Source: Actinomycetota bacterium
Lineage (GTDB): Bacteria > Actinomycetota > Acidimicrobiia > Acidimicrobiales > GCA-2861595
Assembly (NCBI GenBank): GCA_002861595.1
Contig: PJQG01000026.1
Span: 442 to 64,441, forward strand
Direction of reading: 5' to 3'
Length of the DNA: 64,000 bases
In this document: positions 7,665 through 16,584 of the stretch, one piece after another
Numbering within the stretch: position 1 is the stretch's first letter
Layout of the letters: the number at the start of each line of letters is the position of its first letter
Translations under genes and position numbers: made by a program
Notes under the pieces: generated by a model
Told to the model about the DNA's origin: nothing
Databases searched by the model: none
What the model saw: the letters and a program-made list of their open reading frames with translations, nothing else

Positions 7665-9362
7665 ATGCAGCGGGTGACAGCAGCGCAGGTTCCGGAGACG
7701 TCGCTCTCCGTGGAGCTGGACGAGCGGGTGTACGTGGAGGAGGAGAGCCGCCAGGGCCGAGCCGTTGGGCGCCGGGTGCCCAAGGCGGTGGTCGCCGCGG
7801 CCGTCGCGGCCGTCGCCGTAGGCGTGGTGTTCAGCTTCCTGAGTCGCTCCGAACTGTGGCTCGACGAGGCCCTCACTGTGAACATCGCCAAGCTCCCCCT
7901 CTCCGAGATGCCCGAAGCGTTGCGCCACGACGGGTCGCCGCCGCTCTACTACGTGCTGCTGCACGGATGGATGCAGCTCTTCGGCGACGGCAATGTGGCC
8001 GTGCGTGCCCTCTCCGGCGTGTTCGCCGTGGCCAGCCTTCCGCTCATGTGGCTGGCGGGGCGTCGACTCGGCGGAAGGCGGACCGCATGGGCGTCGCTCC
8101 TCCTGCTCAGCACGTCGCCGTTCGCGATCAAGTTCGCGTCGCAGACCCGGATGTACTCCCTCCTGGTGCTGCTGAGCCTGCTCGGCTACCTGGCGTTGAC
8201 CCGCTTCCTCGAGCATCCGGCGCCGGCCCCCTTCGTCGCCGTCGCCGTTGTCAGCGGGCTCCTCGCCTTGACCCACTACTGGGCCTTCTACCTGATCGGC
8301 GCGACCACCGCCCTCCTCGCCCTGCAGGCCGTTCTGGCCAAGGGGCCGGCCCGTCGCCCCCCGGTCCTGGCCGTGGTCGCGGTGGCAACGGGCGGCGTGC
8401 TGTTCCTGCCCTGGCTGCGCTCGTTCGTGTTCCAGCTGCGCTACACCGGCACACCGTGGCAGCGACCGGCCCGCTTCACTGCCATCTTCGACACCATCAG
8501 CGAGTTCTCAGGCGGGAACAACGAGAGCGGACGCACCTTGCTCTTGGTGCTCCTCGGGCTGGCCGGGCTCGGCCTGTTCGGCCGGGCGTGTCGCGGCGGC
8601 CAGGTGCAGCTCGGTCTCGTCCCCCGCCGCCGTGGGGCCACGATGGCCGCCGTGGCCTTCCTCACCCTCGCCGTCGGCCTGGCAGCCGGCTACATCCTCG
8701 GTGGCGCCTTCGCCTTTCGCTACGCCTCGGTGGTCCTGGCCCCGTTCCTCCTCCTCGTGGCCCTCGGCGTGCGGGTCCTCACCGACCGTCGCCTGCGGTG
8801 GGCCGTCCTCGCCGTGGTCGCAGGGCTCGGGCTCGTGGGCGGCTGGGCCGGCGTCACCGAACGGCGAACGCAGGCAGGCGTCATCGCCCAGGCGATCGAG
8901 GCCAAGGGCCGCGACGGCGACGTGGTGGCCTATTGCCCGGACCAGCTGGGCCCGGCCGTGAGCCGCCTGCTGTCCAACCGCTTCGACCAGTTGACGTTCC
9001 CGGCCGGTCTGCCGCCACAGCGCGTCGACTGGGTGCAGTACGCGGCGCGGCAGCGGTCCAGCAACCCGACGCAGTTCGCCACCGACCTCGACCGGCGTGC
9101 CGGGGATGCCCACGACGTCTGGCTGGTACGGGCCCCCGCCTACGCCACGTTCAAGAACTACTGCGAGATCGTCGACCGGGACCTCGGAGACATGCGCCCG
9201 GCCGCTCGTCTGGTGGAGAGCTGGAAGCCGAGCCGGTACGGCGAGGCGGCATACCTCATCCGCTACCCGAGCACCTGCCGTCGCCCGCTCGCCCTGAGAG
9301 AGCAACCGATCGACACCGGGCCGAACCCCTGCCCGCCGGGTATCGAGCGTTACCTGCGATAA
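7665..9362 (+). CDS. GT-C membrane glycosyltransferase, PMT_2/ArnT-like
   Basis: In-frame ATG 7665 (MQRVTAAQ...). First-loop motif LWLDEALTV, then SPPLYYVLLHGW, with about 10 or more hydrophobic helices. Confidence 0.75.
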   Translation: MQRVTAAQVPETSLSVELDERVYVEEESRQGRAVGRRVPKAVVAAAVAAVAVGVVFSFLSRSELWLDEALTVNIAKLPLSEMPEALRHDGSPPLYYVLLHGWMQLFGDGNVAVRALSGVFAVASLPLMWLAGRRLGGRRTAWASLLLLSTSPFAIKFASQTRMYSLLVLLSLLGYLALTRFLEHPAPAPFVAVAVVSGLLALTHYWAFYLIGATTALLALQAVLAKGPARRPPVLAVVAVATGGVLFLPWLRSFVFQLRYTGTPWQRPARFTAIFDTISEFSGGNNESGRTLLLVLLGLAGLGLFGRACRGGQVQLGLVPRRRGATMAAVAFLTLAVGLAAGYILGGAFAFRYASVVLAPFLLLVALGVRVLTDRRLRWAVLAVVAGLGLVGGWAGVTERRTQAGVIAQAIEAKGRDGDVVAYCPDQLGPAVSRLLSNRFDQLTFPAGLPPQRVDWVQYAARQRSSNPTQFATDLDRRAGDAHDVWLVRAPAYATFKNYCEIVDRDLGDMRPAARLVESWKPSRYGEAAYLIRYPSTCRRPLALREQPIDTGPNPCPPGIERYLR

Positions 9363-10612
9363 GGGGGCGTCTGCGGCGTCAAGGGCCGGGCCTCGACCTT
9401 GGCCTGAACCCGCATGTCGACGAGCCCGACGCTGCGCGCCGGGTTCATCACCTCGAAGTGGTGCTGCTGCTCACTCCAGTCGTACACGATGCCCTCGTCG
9501 TGGCTGTGGACGCCAAAGGTGAGGAGGTAGGTGCCGTCAAGCAGCGGGACGGTGTCGGTCTCGAACACCACCTGGGCCCGCCCTTCCGCTGCGTTCACCG
9601 GCACGCCGAGCAGATCGGTGTTGGAACCGAAGATGAGCCGCCCTTCCAGGTCGTACACGGCGATGCCGAAGACCACGTCGTCGATCCGCTCCACCGCTTC
9701 GTAGCCCATCGTGATGCGGAGGGACTCGCCGGGGAGGAGGTACGGCCGTTCGTCCGACCCGGGGTGCTCGATGCGGACTTCGTCGATGCGGATCTTCAGG
9801 TTGCGTTTGGCCTGCGGGGAATCGGCGGCTGCGCCCGACTCGCCGCCGGCGAGGAACCGATCGGCTTCTCCCCGCCGGTCTCGTTCGAGGAGGTGCTCAC
9901 GAAAGGCACGGATGGCCTCGCCCGGTGGCCCGACCGCGACCAGCCGACCCTCGTCCAGCACCGCGGCGCGGTCGCAGATCCTGCGGACGAGGTCGCTGGC
10001 GTGTGACACGAGCACGATGGTGCGACCCTCGCGCTGGAACTGGCGGATGCGGTCGAGGCAGCGCCGCTGGAACGACTCGTCGCCCACGGACAGCACCTCG
10101 TCCACCAGCAGCACGTCGGGCTCCATGTTCACGGCGACCGCGAACCCGAGACGGGCGTACATCCCGGAGGAGTAGTGCTTGACCTGGTTGTCGATGAACT
10201 GCTCGAGCTCAGCGAAGGCGACGATCTCGTCGAAGCGCTTGGCCACCTCGCTGCGAGGCAGCCCGAGGAGCGACGCGTTGAGGAAGACGTTCTCCCGGCC
10301 GGTGAGGTCCGGGTGGAAACCCGAGCCCAGCTCCAGGAGAGCGGCCAGCCGGCCCTCGACGTGGATCTCCCCGGCGGTGGGCTCGAGGATCCCGGCGATG
10401 CAGTTCAACAGCGTGCTCTTGCCACAGCCGTTGTGTCCGATGAGCCCGATCGTCTCGCCTTGGGCGATCTCGAGGTCGACATCCCGGAGGGCCCAGAAGT
10501 CCTCGAAGGGCACTCGGCCCAGGCGCACAACGCGCTCCTTCACCGACGTCAGCGTCTCCCGGTACAAGCGGAAGCGCTTCGAGACGCCGGTCACCTCGAC
10601 GGCGGTGCCCAT
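9350..10612 (-). CDS. wzt: Polysaccharide ABC exporter ATP-binding protein (Wzt/TagH type) with C-terminal beta-sandwich extension
   Basis: Walker A GHNGCGKST, signature YSSGM, Walker B LLVDEVL. About 170 aa of extra C-terminus (Wzt_C-like). Start ATG complement of 10610-10612. Confidence 0.9.
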   Translation of the reverse strand: MGTAVEVTGVSKRFRLYRETLTSVKERVVRLGRVPFEDFWALRDVDLEIAQGETIGLIGHNGCGKSTLLNCIAGILEPTAGEIHVEGRLAALLELGSGFHPDLTGRENVFLNASLLGLPRSEVAKRFDEIVAFAELEQFIDNQVKHYSSGMYARLGFAVAVNMEPDVLLVDEVLSVGDESFQRRCLDRIRQFQREGRTIVLVSHASDLVRRICDRAAVLDEGRLVAVGPPGEAIRAFREHLLERDRRGEADRFLAGGESGAAADSPQAKRNLKIRIDEVRIEHPGSDERPYLLPGESLRITMGYEAVERIDDVVFGIAVYDLEGRLIFGSNTDLLGVPVNAAEGRAQVVFETDTVPLLDGTYLLTFGVHSHDEGIVYDWSEQQHHFEVMNPARSVGLVDMRVQAKVEARPLTPQTPPYRR

Positions 10613-10623
10613 GCTGCTCGGCG

Positions 10624-11505
10624 TCAGAGCTCTTCCGCGAAGTTGCCCTCGAGGCGGCCGAACAGCCGGAAGGCGAGGGAGAGCACCACCAGCGAGAAGG
10701 CAGCGACGGCGCCGAGTTGGCCCAGGTACCAGGCAACACCCTTGCCGGCGGGGAGGATGGCCAGGCCCGACGGTTCGATCCGGTTGTAGATGGCTCGCTG
10801 GAAGGTGAGCACGACAGGGGTGACGGGATTGAGGCGGTACACCCAGGACGCTTCTCCCAGTTGGTCTGCCACCAAGCGGTACTGGTAGACGATCGGCGTG
10901 GCCCAGAACCACGCGAGCAGTACCAGCTCGATCAGGTGCTCCGTGTCGCGGGCGTAGACGTTCACCGCCGAGAGGGCCACGGCGAGGGCGGAGGTGAAGA
11001 GCAGCAGGCTCACGAGCGCGACGGGGACCAGCAGCAGGAACGTCGGCGACGGCGGGTAGCGGAACAGGGCGAGGGCGCCCAGGAGCACCACGCTCTGGAG
11101 GAGGAAGTGGACGAACGCGGCGCCCACCGATGCCAGGGGCAGGACCTCGCGCGGGAACGACACCTTCTTCACGATGGCGGCGTTGCCGACGACCGCTCGC
11201 GTGGCGCCGGCCAGCGCCGTGGAGAACAGGTTCCAGACGAGCAGCCCGGAGAGCAGATAGATCGCGAAGTTCGGTATGCGGTTGCGCAGGACGACCTGGA
11301 AGGCGAAATAGAACACGACCAGGTACAGCGCCGGGTTCAGCATCGACCAGAGGAAGCCGACAGCGCTGCCCTTGTACTTGACCTTCAGCTCCTTGCGCAC
11401 CAGGCCCACCAGGAGCTCGCGGTACCGCCACAGTCCCGACATCCGGTCGAGAACTGACTTCTCCGTGGACCGACGCGGCCTGGGTGCGGTCTCGGTGCGG
11501 TTCAT
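10624..11505 (-). CDS. wzm: ABC-2 type polysaccharide exporter permease (Wzm/TagG type)
   Basis: 293 aa. RELLVGLVRKELKVKYKGSAVGFLWSMLNP is the ABC-2 signature region. Six hydrophobic helices. Sits 11 nt upstream of wzt. Confidence 0.9.
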   Translation of the reverse strand: MNRTETAPRPRRSTEKSVLDRMSGLWRYRELLVGLVRKELKVKYKGSAVGFLWSMLNPALYLVVFYFAFQVVLRNRIPNFAIYLLSGLLVWNLFSTALAGATRAVVGNAAIVKKVSFPREVLPLASVGAAFVHFLLQSVVLLGALALFRYPPSPTFLLLVPVALVSLLLFTSALAVALSAVNVYARDTEHLIELVLLAWFWATPIVYQYRLVADQLGEASWVYRLNPVTPVVLTFQRAIYNRIEPSGLAILPAGKGVAWYLGQLGAVAAFSLVVLSLAFRLFGRLEGNFAEEL

Positions 11506-11589
11506 CGTGGAGCGTCGACGACGACGCCCGCCAACGCGTGATGCACCGTCGTCGCACGGGGCCGTAGGGGCACCTCGTCGACTCTACTG

Positions 11590-12933
11590 GTGCCGTCGGC
11601 GCCGGCCGCGGCACCGCCCCAGGCCCACGACGCCCGGCGAGCGACCGGACACGCGTTCGCTATGCTCCTGCACAGTGCCGGAGGTCGCGAGCCCCGCCGA
11701 GGAAGGGCCCCGACCGATACCGGACCTGACGCTCCGGTTCCCGTCACACCGGCGGTGAGGCCGGGCGTCGTTCGGGGCAGGGGCGGCGCGCCGAGGGGGC
11801 GCCTGCTCGCGGGCCCTCGGCCCGTGGCGGCGCGAGCGGCCACAGTGGGAGCGGCTCTGGCCCTCCCCGTGCTGTGGGAGCTGTTCCGCATGGGCTACTA
11901 CGCCATGCTCGTTCACAACACCACGCTGGCCAAGGAGGCCGCGCTGGCTCGTTGGGACCAGGGGTGGCGCTATTTCGTCGACACGGTGGGCACGTACTAC
12001 CTGGCCGTCCCTCTCCTGGTGGTCGCGCTGTTCGTCGCGCCGCGGGTCGCAACGGCGTGGCGGGTGGGTCAGCGCACGGTGGCCGCCCTCGTCGCCGCCC
12101 CGATCGCCGTCGGCCTGGTGCAGTGGGTCTACGTGATACGAGTCGGCGGCGACTTCATGCACGGACGTGTCCTGCTCCCGGGCCTCTTCGCCATCCTCCT
12201 GCCCGCCGCCGCTCTCCGCGTCTCCCGGCGCCAACTCGTCGGCTTCGCCGCGCTGGGCGTGTGGGCGCTCCTCGTCGGCACGGTCGTCCGCGTGCCCTAC
12301 CGAGGGGACATCGGGCCCGCGGGCATCGCCGACGAACGCGGCGTGTACGCGGGATGGGCCCGACGTGCCCACCCCGTGGCTGCCGACGACTACGCGCGCT
12401 GGGTGTGGCTCCGCCGTGGCCGGGATCTGCGCCGCCTGGCGGCCCAAGGAAAGCCCGTCCTGATACTCGGAGAGCGGGGCTTCGCCGATGCCAAGCAGCG
12501 GCTGCCCCTGCGATCGAGTCAGGATCGGCCCGTGGCTGTCTTCACGTCTGTGGGCATGCTCTCGTTCGCGGCGGGCGTCGACGTCCACGTCGTCGATCAG
12601 CTGGCCTTGGGCGACGTCATCGCCTCTCATCAGCGCGTCGACGTGCGGGGCCGGCCCGGCCACGAGAAGCTGCTGCACCTGGCCTGGGCGGCGGCCCGGT
12701 TCGCCGACCCCTCGGCGCCTCCGCCGCCACTCGGGCCGACGACCGCGGAGACGGCGGCAGCCCGCCGGGCGCTTCGCTGCGAGCCCCTCGCCGAGCTGTT
12801 CGCCGCTACCCAGGACCGCCTGTCGACGAGGCGCTTCATGAAGAACATGGGCGCTGCCCTCCGCCTCCATCGCCTTCGGTTCTCACCCTCTCCCGTCGTC
12901 GCCGTGCAGGAGCTGTGCGGGGGGTCGGCCTGA
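11590..12933 (+). CDS. AftB-like (GT-C arabinofuranosyltransferase family) protein lacking the N-terminal catalytic-loop region; truncated gene or pseudogene
   Basis: LFRMGYYAMLVHNTTLAKEAA, VGGDFMHGRVLLP and GHEKLL match my recollection of the middle and C-terminal parts of mycobacterial AftB. No room upstream (wzm is on the other strand) for the first ~200 aa. A likelier start is GTG 11824. Confidence 0.5.
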   Translation: MPSAPAAAPPQAHDARRATGHAFAMLLHSAGGREPRRGRAPTDTGPDAPVPVTPAVRPGVVRGRGGAPRGRLLAGPRPVAARAATVGAALALPVLWELFRMGYYAMLVHNTTLAKEAALARWDQGWRYFVDTVGTYYLAVPLLVVALFVAPRVATAWRVGQRTVAALVAAPIAVGLVQWVYVIRVGGDFMHGRVLLPGLFAILLPAAALRVSRRQLVGFAALGVWALLVGTVVRVPYRGDIGPAGIADERGVYAGWARRAHPVAADDYARWVWLRRGRDLRRLAAQGKPVLILGERGFADAKQRLPLRSSQDRPVAVFTSVGMLSFAAGVDVHVVDQLALGDVIASHQRVDVRGRPGHEKLLHLAWAAARFADPSAPPPPLGPTTAETAAARRALRCEPLAELFAATQDRLSTRRFMKNMGAALRLHRLRFSPSPVVAVQELCGGSA

Positions 12934-13027
12934 CAGTGGTCCCGGCAGGGTTCCTTTCCTCGTAGAGTTCTCGGTCCGAGGCCGATCCCGGTCTCGTTGC
13001 TCGAAGCCGCAAGGAGGCAGGACGGAG

Positions 13028-14704
13028 GTGGTCGACGCCGACATCCGATCGCTCGAGGCCGGGACCTCCGAGGCTGCCCCGGGCCGCACGGCCTCCAGAA
13101 GAGGGGATCGAGCGGGCCCAGAGCCATTTCGAGCGCGGACGCCCGGCCCGCCTGTGCGTGCCCTCCAGTGGCTGGCGACCTTCGTCGGCCGCCGTTGGGG
13201 CGGCCTCACCGTCATCACCGCGTTCGCGCTCTCTCGCGTCGCCCTCGCGCACCTGGCCGATCTGCGCTTCGACAACATCCCCCTCAACGTCTCGCTTCAG
13301 CTCCTCGATCGCGGCCATCTGCGTGAAGACCTGGTGGGCAGCGTCATCCACCTCCACTCCCAGCCCCCGCTGTTCAACCTCTTGATCGGCTTGGGCCTCC
13401 GTGCGCCGTTGCACCTCGAAACGCCGCTGTTCCATGCGCTGTACCTCGCCGTCGGGCTGGGTACCACGGTGTGCCTCTACGCCCTGCTGCGGCGCGTCGG
13501 GGTACCGACCGTGGTCGCCGTGGTCGTCACCCTGGTCTTCACCTCGAGCCCGTCGTTCTTCCTCTACGAGACGTGGCTGCACTACGACCAACTCGTCATG
13601 TTCTTGTTGTGCCTCTCGGCGTTGGCGCTGCTGCGCTACGAGGAGAGCGGACGGGCTCGGCACGCCGCTGTGTTCCTGACCCTCGTGGCCGCGGTCGTGC
13701 TGACGAGGAGCCTCTTCCACCTGGTCTGGTTCATGGCGTGGCCCGTCGTGCTCCTGGCACGTCGCGGCGTCGACCGTCGCCGGCTGCTGTCGGCTATGGC
13801 GCTGCCCGTCGTCGTGGTGGTCGGCCTTCAAGTGCACCGCCTCGTCACCTTCGGCACACCCTCGTTGAGCAGCCTGGTCGGGATCAGCCTGGCCAAGATC
13901 ACAACGTTCCAGCTCTCGGAGAGCGAGCGTCGGGACCTCGTGGGTCGCGGCGAGATCTCGCCGGTCTCGCTGGTCGAGCCCCTCAGCCCGCCGGCCAGCT
14001 ACGAAGGCCTCGTCCCCACCCCACGTCCCACGGGTGTCCCCGCCCTCGATGAGGACCTGAAGGGGTTCTACCGGAGCCCGCTCACCGACGACTTCTTCCG
14101 GATGAACCTGAACAGCATGGTGTTCCTCGAGGTCTCCAACCAGTACCGAAACGACGCACTCCACGTCATCCGAACACGACCGGGTGCGTACGTCAAAGGC
14201 GTGGCCAGGGCCGTGGAGATATTCTTCCGACCGACGAGTGACGTGTTCGCTTTCGCCCAGAACCGTGACCGAGTCGGATCGCTCGACCGCTTCTACAACC
14301 GTGCCGTGTTCGGGGTGGCCGCACCGGGAAAGGCCGCAGAAGGCATTCCCCCGGCCCACCTCGGTTACATCGAGGGGCCGGCTCGGACTGCGTGGTTCGT
14401 CGTAGCCGCCTACGTGGCCGCCCTCGTGGGCGGCGCATTCACTCTTCTCCGGCGAGCCAGGCGACGAGACGAAGGCGGCGGGTCGCTCCTGACGATCGGC
14501 TTCTTGTGGCTGACGACGCTGTACGTCTTCGTGTTCAGCAACACCCTCGAGGTGGGAGAGAACAACCGCTTCCGGCTCTACTCAGACCCATTGGTGATCG
14601 CACTACTCGCCGCGCTCGTCGTGCGGTGGCACCGAGGCCGGGCGGAGCGCATCGACGCCAGGCCGCTCGATCGTCGTCGCCAGAGTCAGAAGTGGGTGCG
14701 GTAG
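13028..14704 (+). CDS. Paralog A of an unrecognised polytopic membrane protein family (GT-C-like)
   Basis: 558-aa ORF with an AAGGAGG SD upstream of GTG 13028 (alternative GTG 13154). Motifs [52 protein letters not shown] are shared with 17589.. and 19229.. Confidence 0.75.
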   Translation: MVDADIRSLEAGTSEAAPGRTASRRGDRAGPEPFRARTPGPPVRALQWLATFVGRRWGGLTVITAFALSRVALAHLADLRFDNIPLNVSLQLLDRGHLREDLVGSVIHLHSQPPLFNLLIGLGLRAPLHLETPLFHALYLAVGLGTTVCLYALLRRVGVPTVVAVVVTLVFTSSPSFFLYETWLHYDQLVMFLLCLSALALLRYEESGRARHAAVFLTLVAAVVLTRSLFHLVWFMAWPVVLLARRGVDRRRLLSAMALPVVVVVGLQVHRLVTFGTPSLSSLVGISLAKITTFQLSESERRDLVGRGEISPVSLVEPLSPPASYEGLVPTPRPTGVPALDEDLKGFYRSPLTDDFFRMNLNSMVFLEVSNQYRNDALHVIRTRPGAYVKGVARAVEIFFRPTSDVFAFAQNRDRVGSLDRFYNRAVFGVAAPGKAAEGIPPAHLGYIEGPARTAWFVVAAYVAALVGGAFTLLRRARRRDEGGGSLLTIGFLWLTTLYVFVFSNTLEVGENNRFRLYSDPLVIALLAALVVRWHRGRAERIDARPLDRRRQSQKWVR

Positions 14705-15597
14705 CGCTCGAAGGCGGCGACCGTCTGGGCCGGCAGGAAGCGGAACAGAGCATCGGGGTCACCGGCGACGGCCTCCACGATGGCCAGGTTGTGCTCGTAG
14801 CCCAGGTACTCCTTCTTCATGTCGACGACGAGGTCGTGGGGGTTGCGCTCCTGGACGACCGACGGCTTGGCGAACGCCACCTTCGCCCCCATCCCCTGGA
14901 GGTAATAAGCCGCCCAGATGTCGTCCATGCGGCCCACGTCGGGAAAGAGGAAGTAGTGCTGGAGCCAGGACGCGCCGAGGAAGGTGTTCTGGGAGTTGAA
15001 TGGGCTCATGGCGTCTGCGGCCATTGGAAAGAGCGATTCGTCGAAGGAGCAGTCGGGAGCGAACTGCATCCGGCAGATGGCGTCGATGTCGGGGTCACCG
15101 TTCCAGAAGTCGGCCTGGACGTCGGGACGAAGCACCTCGCGGCGCCTCGTCGAGTAGTCCCGCTGCGGGAGGAGCTGCAGCGGGTACCCCCGATGCCACA
15201 GGTGGGGATAGTTGGTGGCGCCGACGGGGTCGAAGGCCGGCAGTGACGTGGCGAAGAACTCCACCTCCACGTCCCTGCCAACCAACAGGTCGCGGCCCCA
15301 CCCCTCGTAGGGGACGTTGTCGTCGTCGACGACGGCCACCACCTCCGCGCCCATCTCGCGCGCCACGAGGAAGCCGAAGTTGCGCCGCTGTATGCAGTTC
15401 CAACCGATGAGGTCGGAAAGCGTCTTGTCGATCTTCTCCTGCTCGGCGGGGCCGAGGTACGTACCGCGTTCGAGGTGGTAGTCCTCGGGCGTCTTGAGGT
15501 CGCCCAGCACGACGAGGTGCCAGTCCGGCAGGGCGTCGAAGAGGCGAACCGCTTTGGTGGGGGGATTGATGGTGGTCGTGACGATGACGTTGGTCAC
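14686..15597 (-). CDS. RGP/GT75-like protein (homolog of plant reversibly glycosylated polypeptide / UDP-L-arabinopyranose mutase)
   Basis: 303 aa from GTG (complement 15595-15597). VVDDDNVP, LWHRGYPLQLL, GRMDDIWAAYY, NPHDLVVDMKKEYLGY parallel the RGP motifs IDDDCFV, FVRGYPFSLR, GRYDDMWAGW, NPFVNLKKEYKGI (recalled from memory). Confidence 0.65.
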   Translation of the reverse strand: MTNVIVTTTINPPTKAVRLFDALPDWHLVVLGDLKTPEDYHLERGTYLGPAEQEKIDKTLSDLIGWNCIQRRNFGFLVAREMGAEVVAVVDDDNVPYEGWGRDLLVGRDVEVEFFATSLPAFDPVGATNYPHLWHRGYPLQLLPQRDYSTRRREVLRPDVQADFWNGDPDIDAICRMQFAPDCSFDESLFPMAADAMSPFNSQNTFLGASWLQHYFLFPDVGRMDDIWAAYYLQGMGAKVAFAKPSVVQERNPHDLVVDMKKEYLGYEHNLAIVEAVAGDPDALFRFLPAQTVAAFERYRTHF

Positions 15598-16418
15598 GTG
15601 ATGGGAGCCGGGCTGGATTGGCGGAGGATGGTGGCCGCTCCCTGGACCCGGTGGGCCAAGAGCGTGCGGATGTAGCGAGCCTGGGTCGAGAGGGAGTTCT
15701 GCGACTCGCCCTCCTGCCGCGGCGTCCAGAACGTTGGGATCTCGATGACCTCGACCCCGAGGCGCAGCGGCTTGAGGACGGTCTCGAGCAGGAACTCGTG
15801 GCGGAGCCCCTCCCAGCGGATGGCCTGGACGAGCGGGGTGGGAAAGAGCCGGTACCCGAAGGTCGCGTCGGTGAGATGGGTGTTGTAGAGCAGCGAGGTG
15901 AGGCGCTGGAACACCCAGTTCGCGGCGACACGGGCCCGGCCGTAGCCGGAGAACCCGCCACCCGGTGCCCAGCGCGACGCGGTGATGACGGCAGCGGGGT
16001 GCTTCTTGGCGAGCTCGATGAACCGCGGCACGAGCTTCGGGTCCGTCTCCAGGTCGGTGGACATCATGATCACGTGGCTGGCGGTTGCGAGGTCGAACGC
16101 CTCCCGCATGGCGCCCCCGAGGAAAGGCAGGTGCTGGTTGTGGATGTGGACTCGGTCGCCGAACCGCGATTCGAGTGCCTCGCACCGCGCCAGCGTCTCG
16201 GGTGTGGTGCGGTCGCACACCACGACCAGGACCTGGGCGATGTCCTCGTCGCTCGTCTCCTTGAGGATGCGAGCGGTCTCGTCGACAGAGTCGGTCTCCG
16301 TAACGGCCGGGAGGAGGACAGTCACACCAGAGAACTCACGAGCGACCGGAGGCGACGTTGCGGGCACGACGGGTTCCTCTCTTTCTCGAAGGGACCGGCT
16401 GGCCCCAAGGGGGGCCAT
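15594..16418 (-). CDS. GT2, DPM1/Ppm1-like polyprenyl-phosphate sugar synthase
   Basis: MSTDLETDP, ASRWAPGGG...ANWVF, TDATFGYRLF, EIPTFWTPRQEGESQ fit the dolichol-P-mannose-synthase pattern. Its stop overlaps the downstream GTG (GTGA). Start uncertain (ATG 16418 or GTG 16367). Confidence 0.75.
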   Translation of the reverse strand: MAPLGASRSLREREEPVVPATSPPVAREFSGVTVLLPAVTETDSVDETARILKETSDEDIAQVLVVVCDRTTPETLARCEALESRFGDRVHIHNQHLPFLGGAMREAFDLATASHVIMMSTDLETDPKLVPRFIELAKKHPAAVITASRWAPGGGFSGYGRARVAANWVFQRLTSLLYNTHLTDATFGYRLFPTPLVQAIRWEGLRHEFLLETVLKPLRLGVEVIEIPTFWTPRQEGESQNSLSTQARYIRTLLAHRVQGAATILRQSSPAPIT

Positions 16419-16584
16419 GCCCGGCGACGGGTACCCTAGCGCCGGCTGTTCTCGCCGCCCACCACACTCCAGCACCACGAACCGCACGGCTGTGCTGTCC
16501 CCGCTCGCCGCGGGGCACGTGCTATCTTCACCGGCGCTGGAGAGGCGGGGTCGTCACGCAAGGGCGTGCACAGAAAGGAAATCA

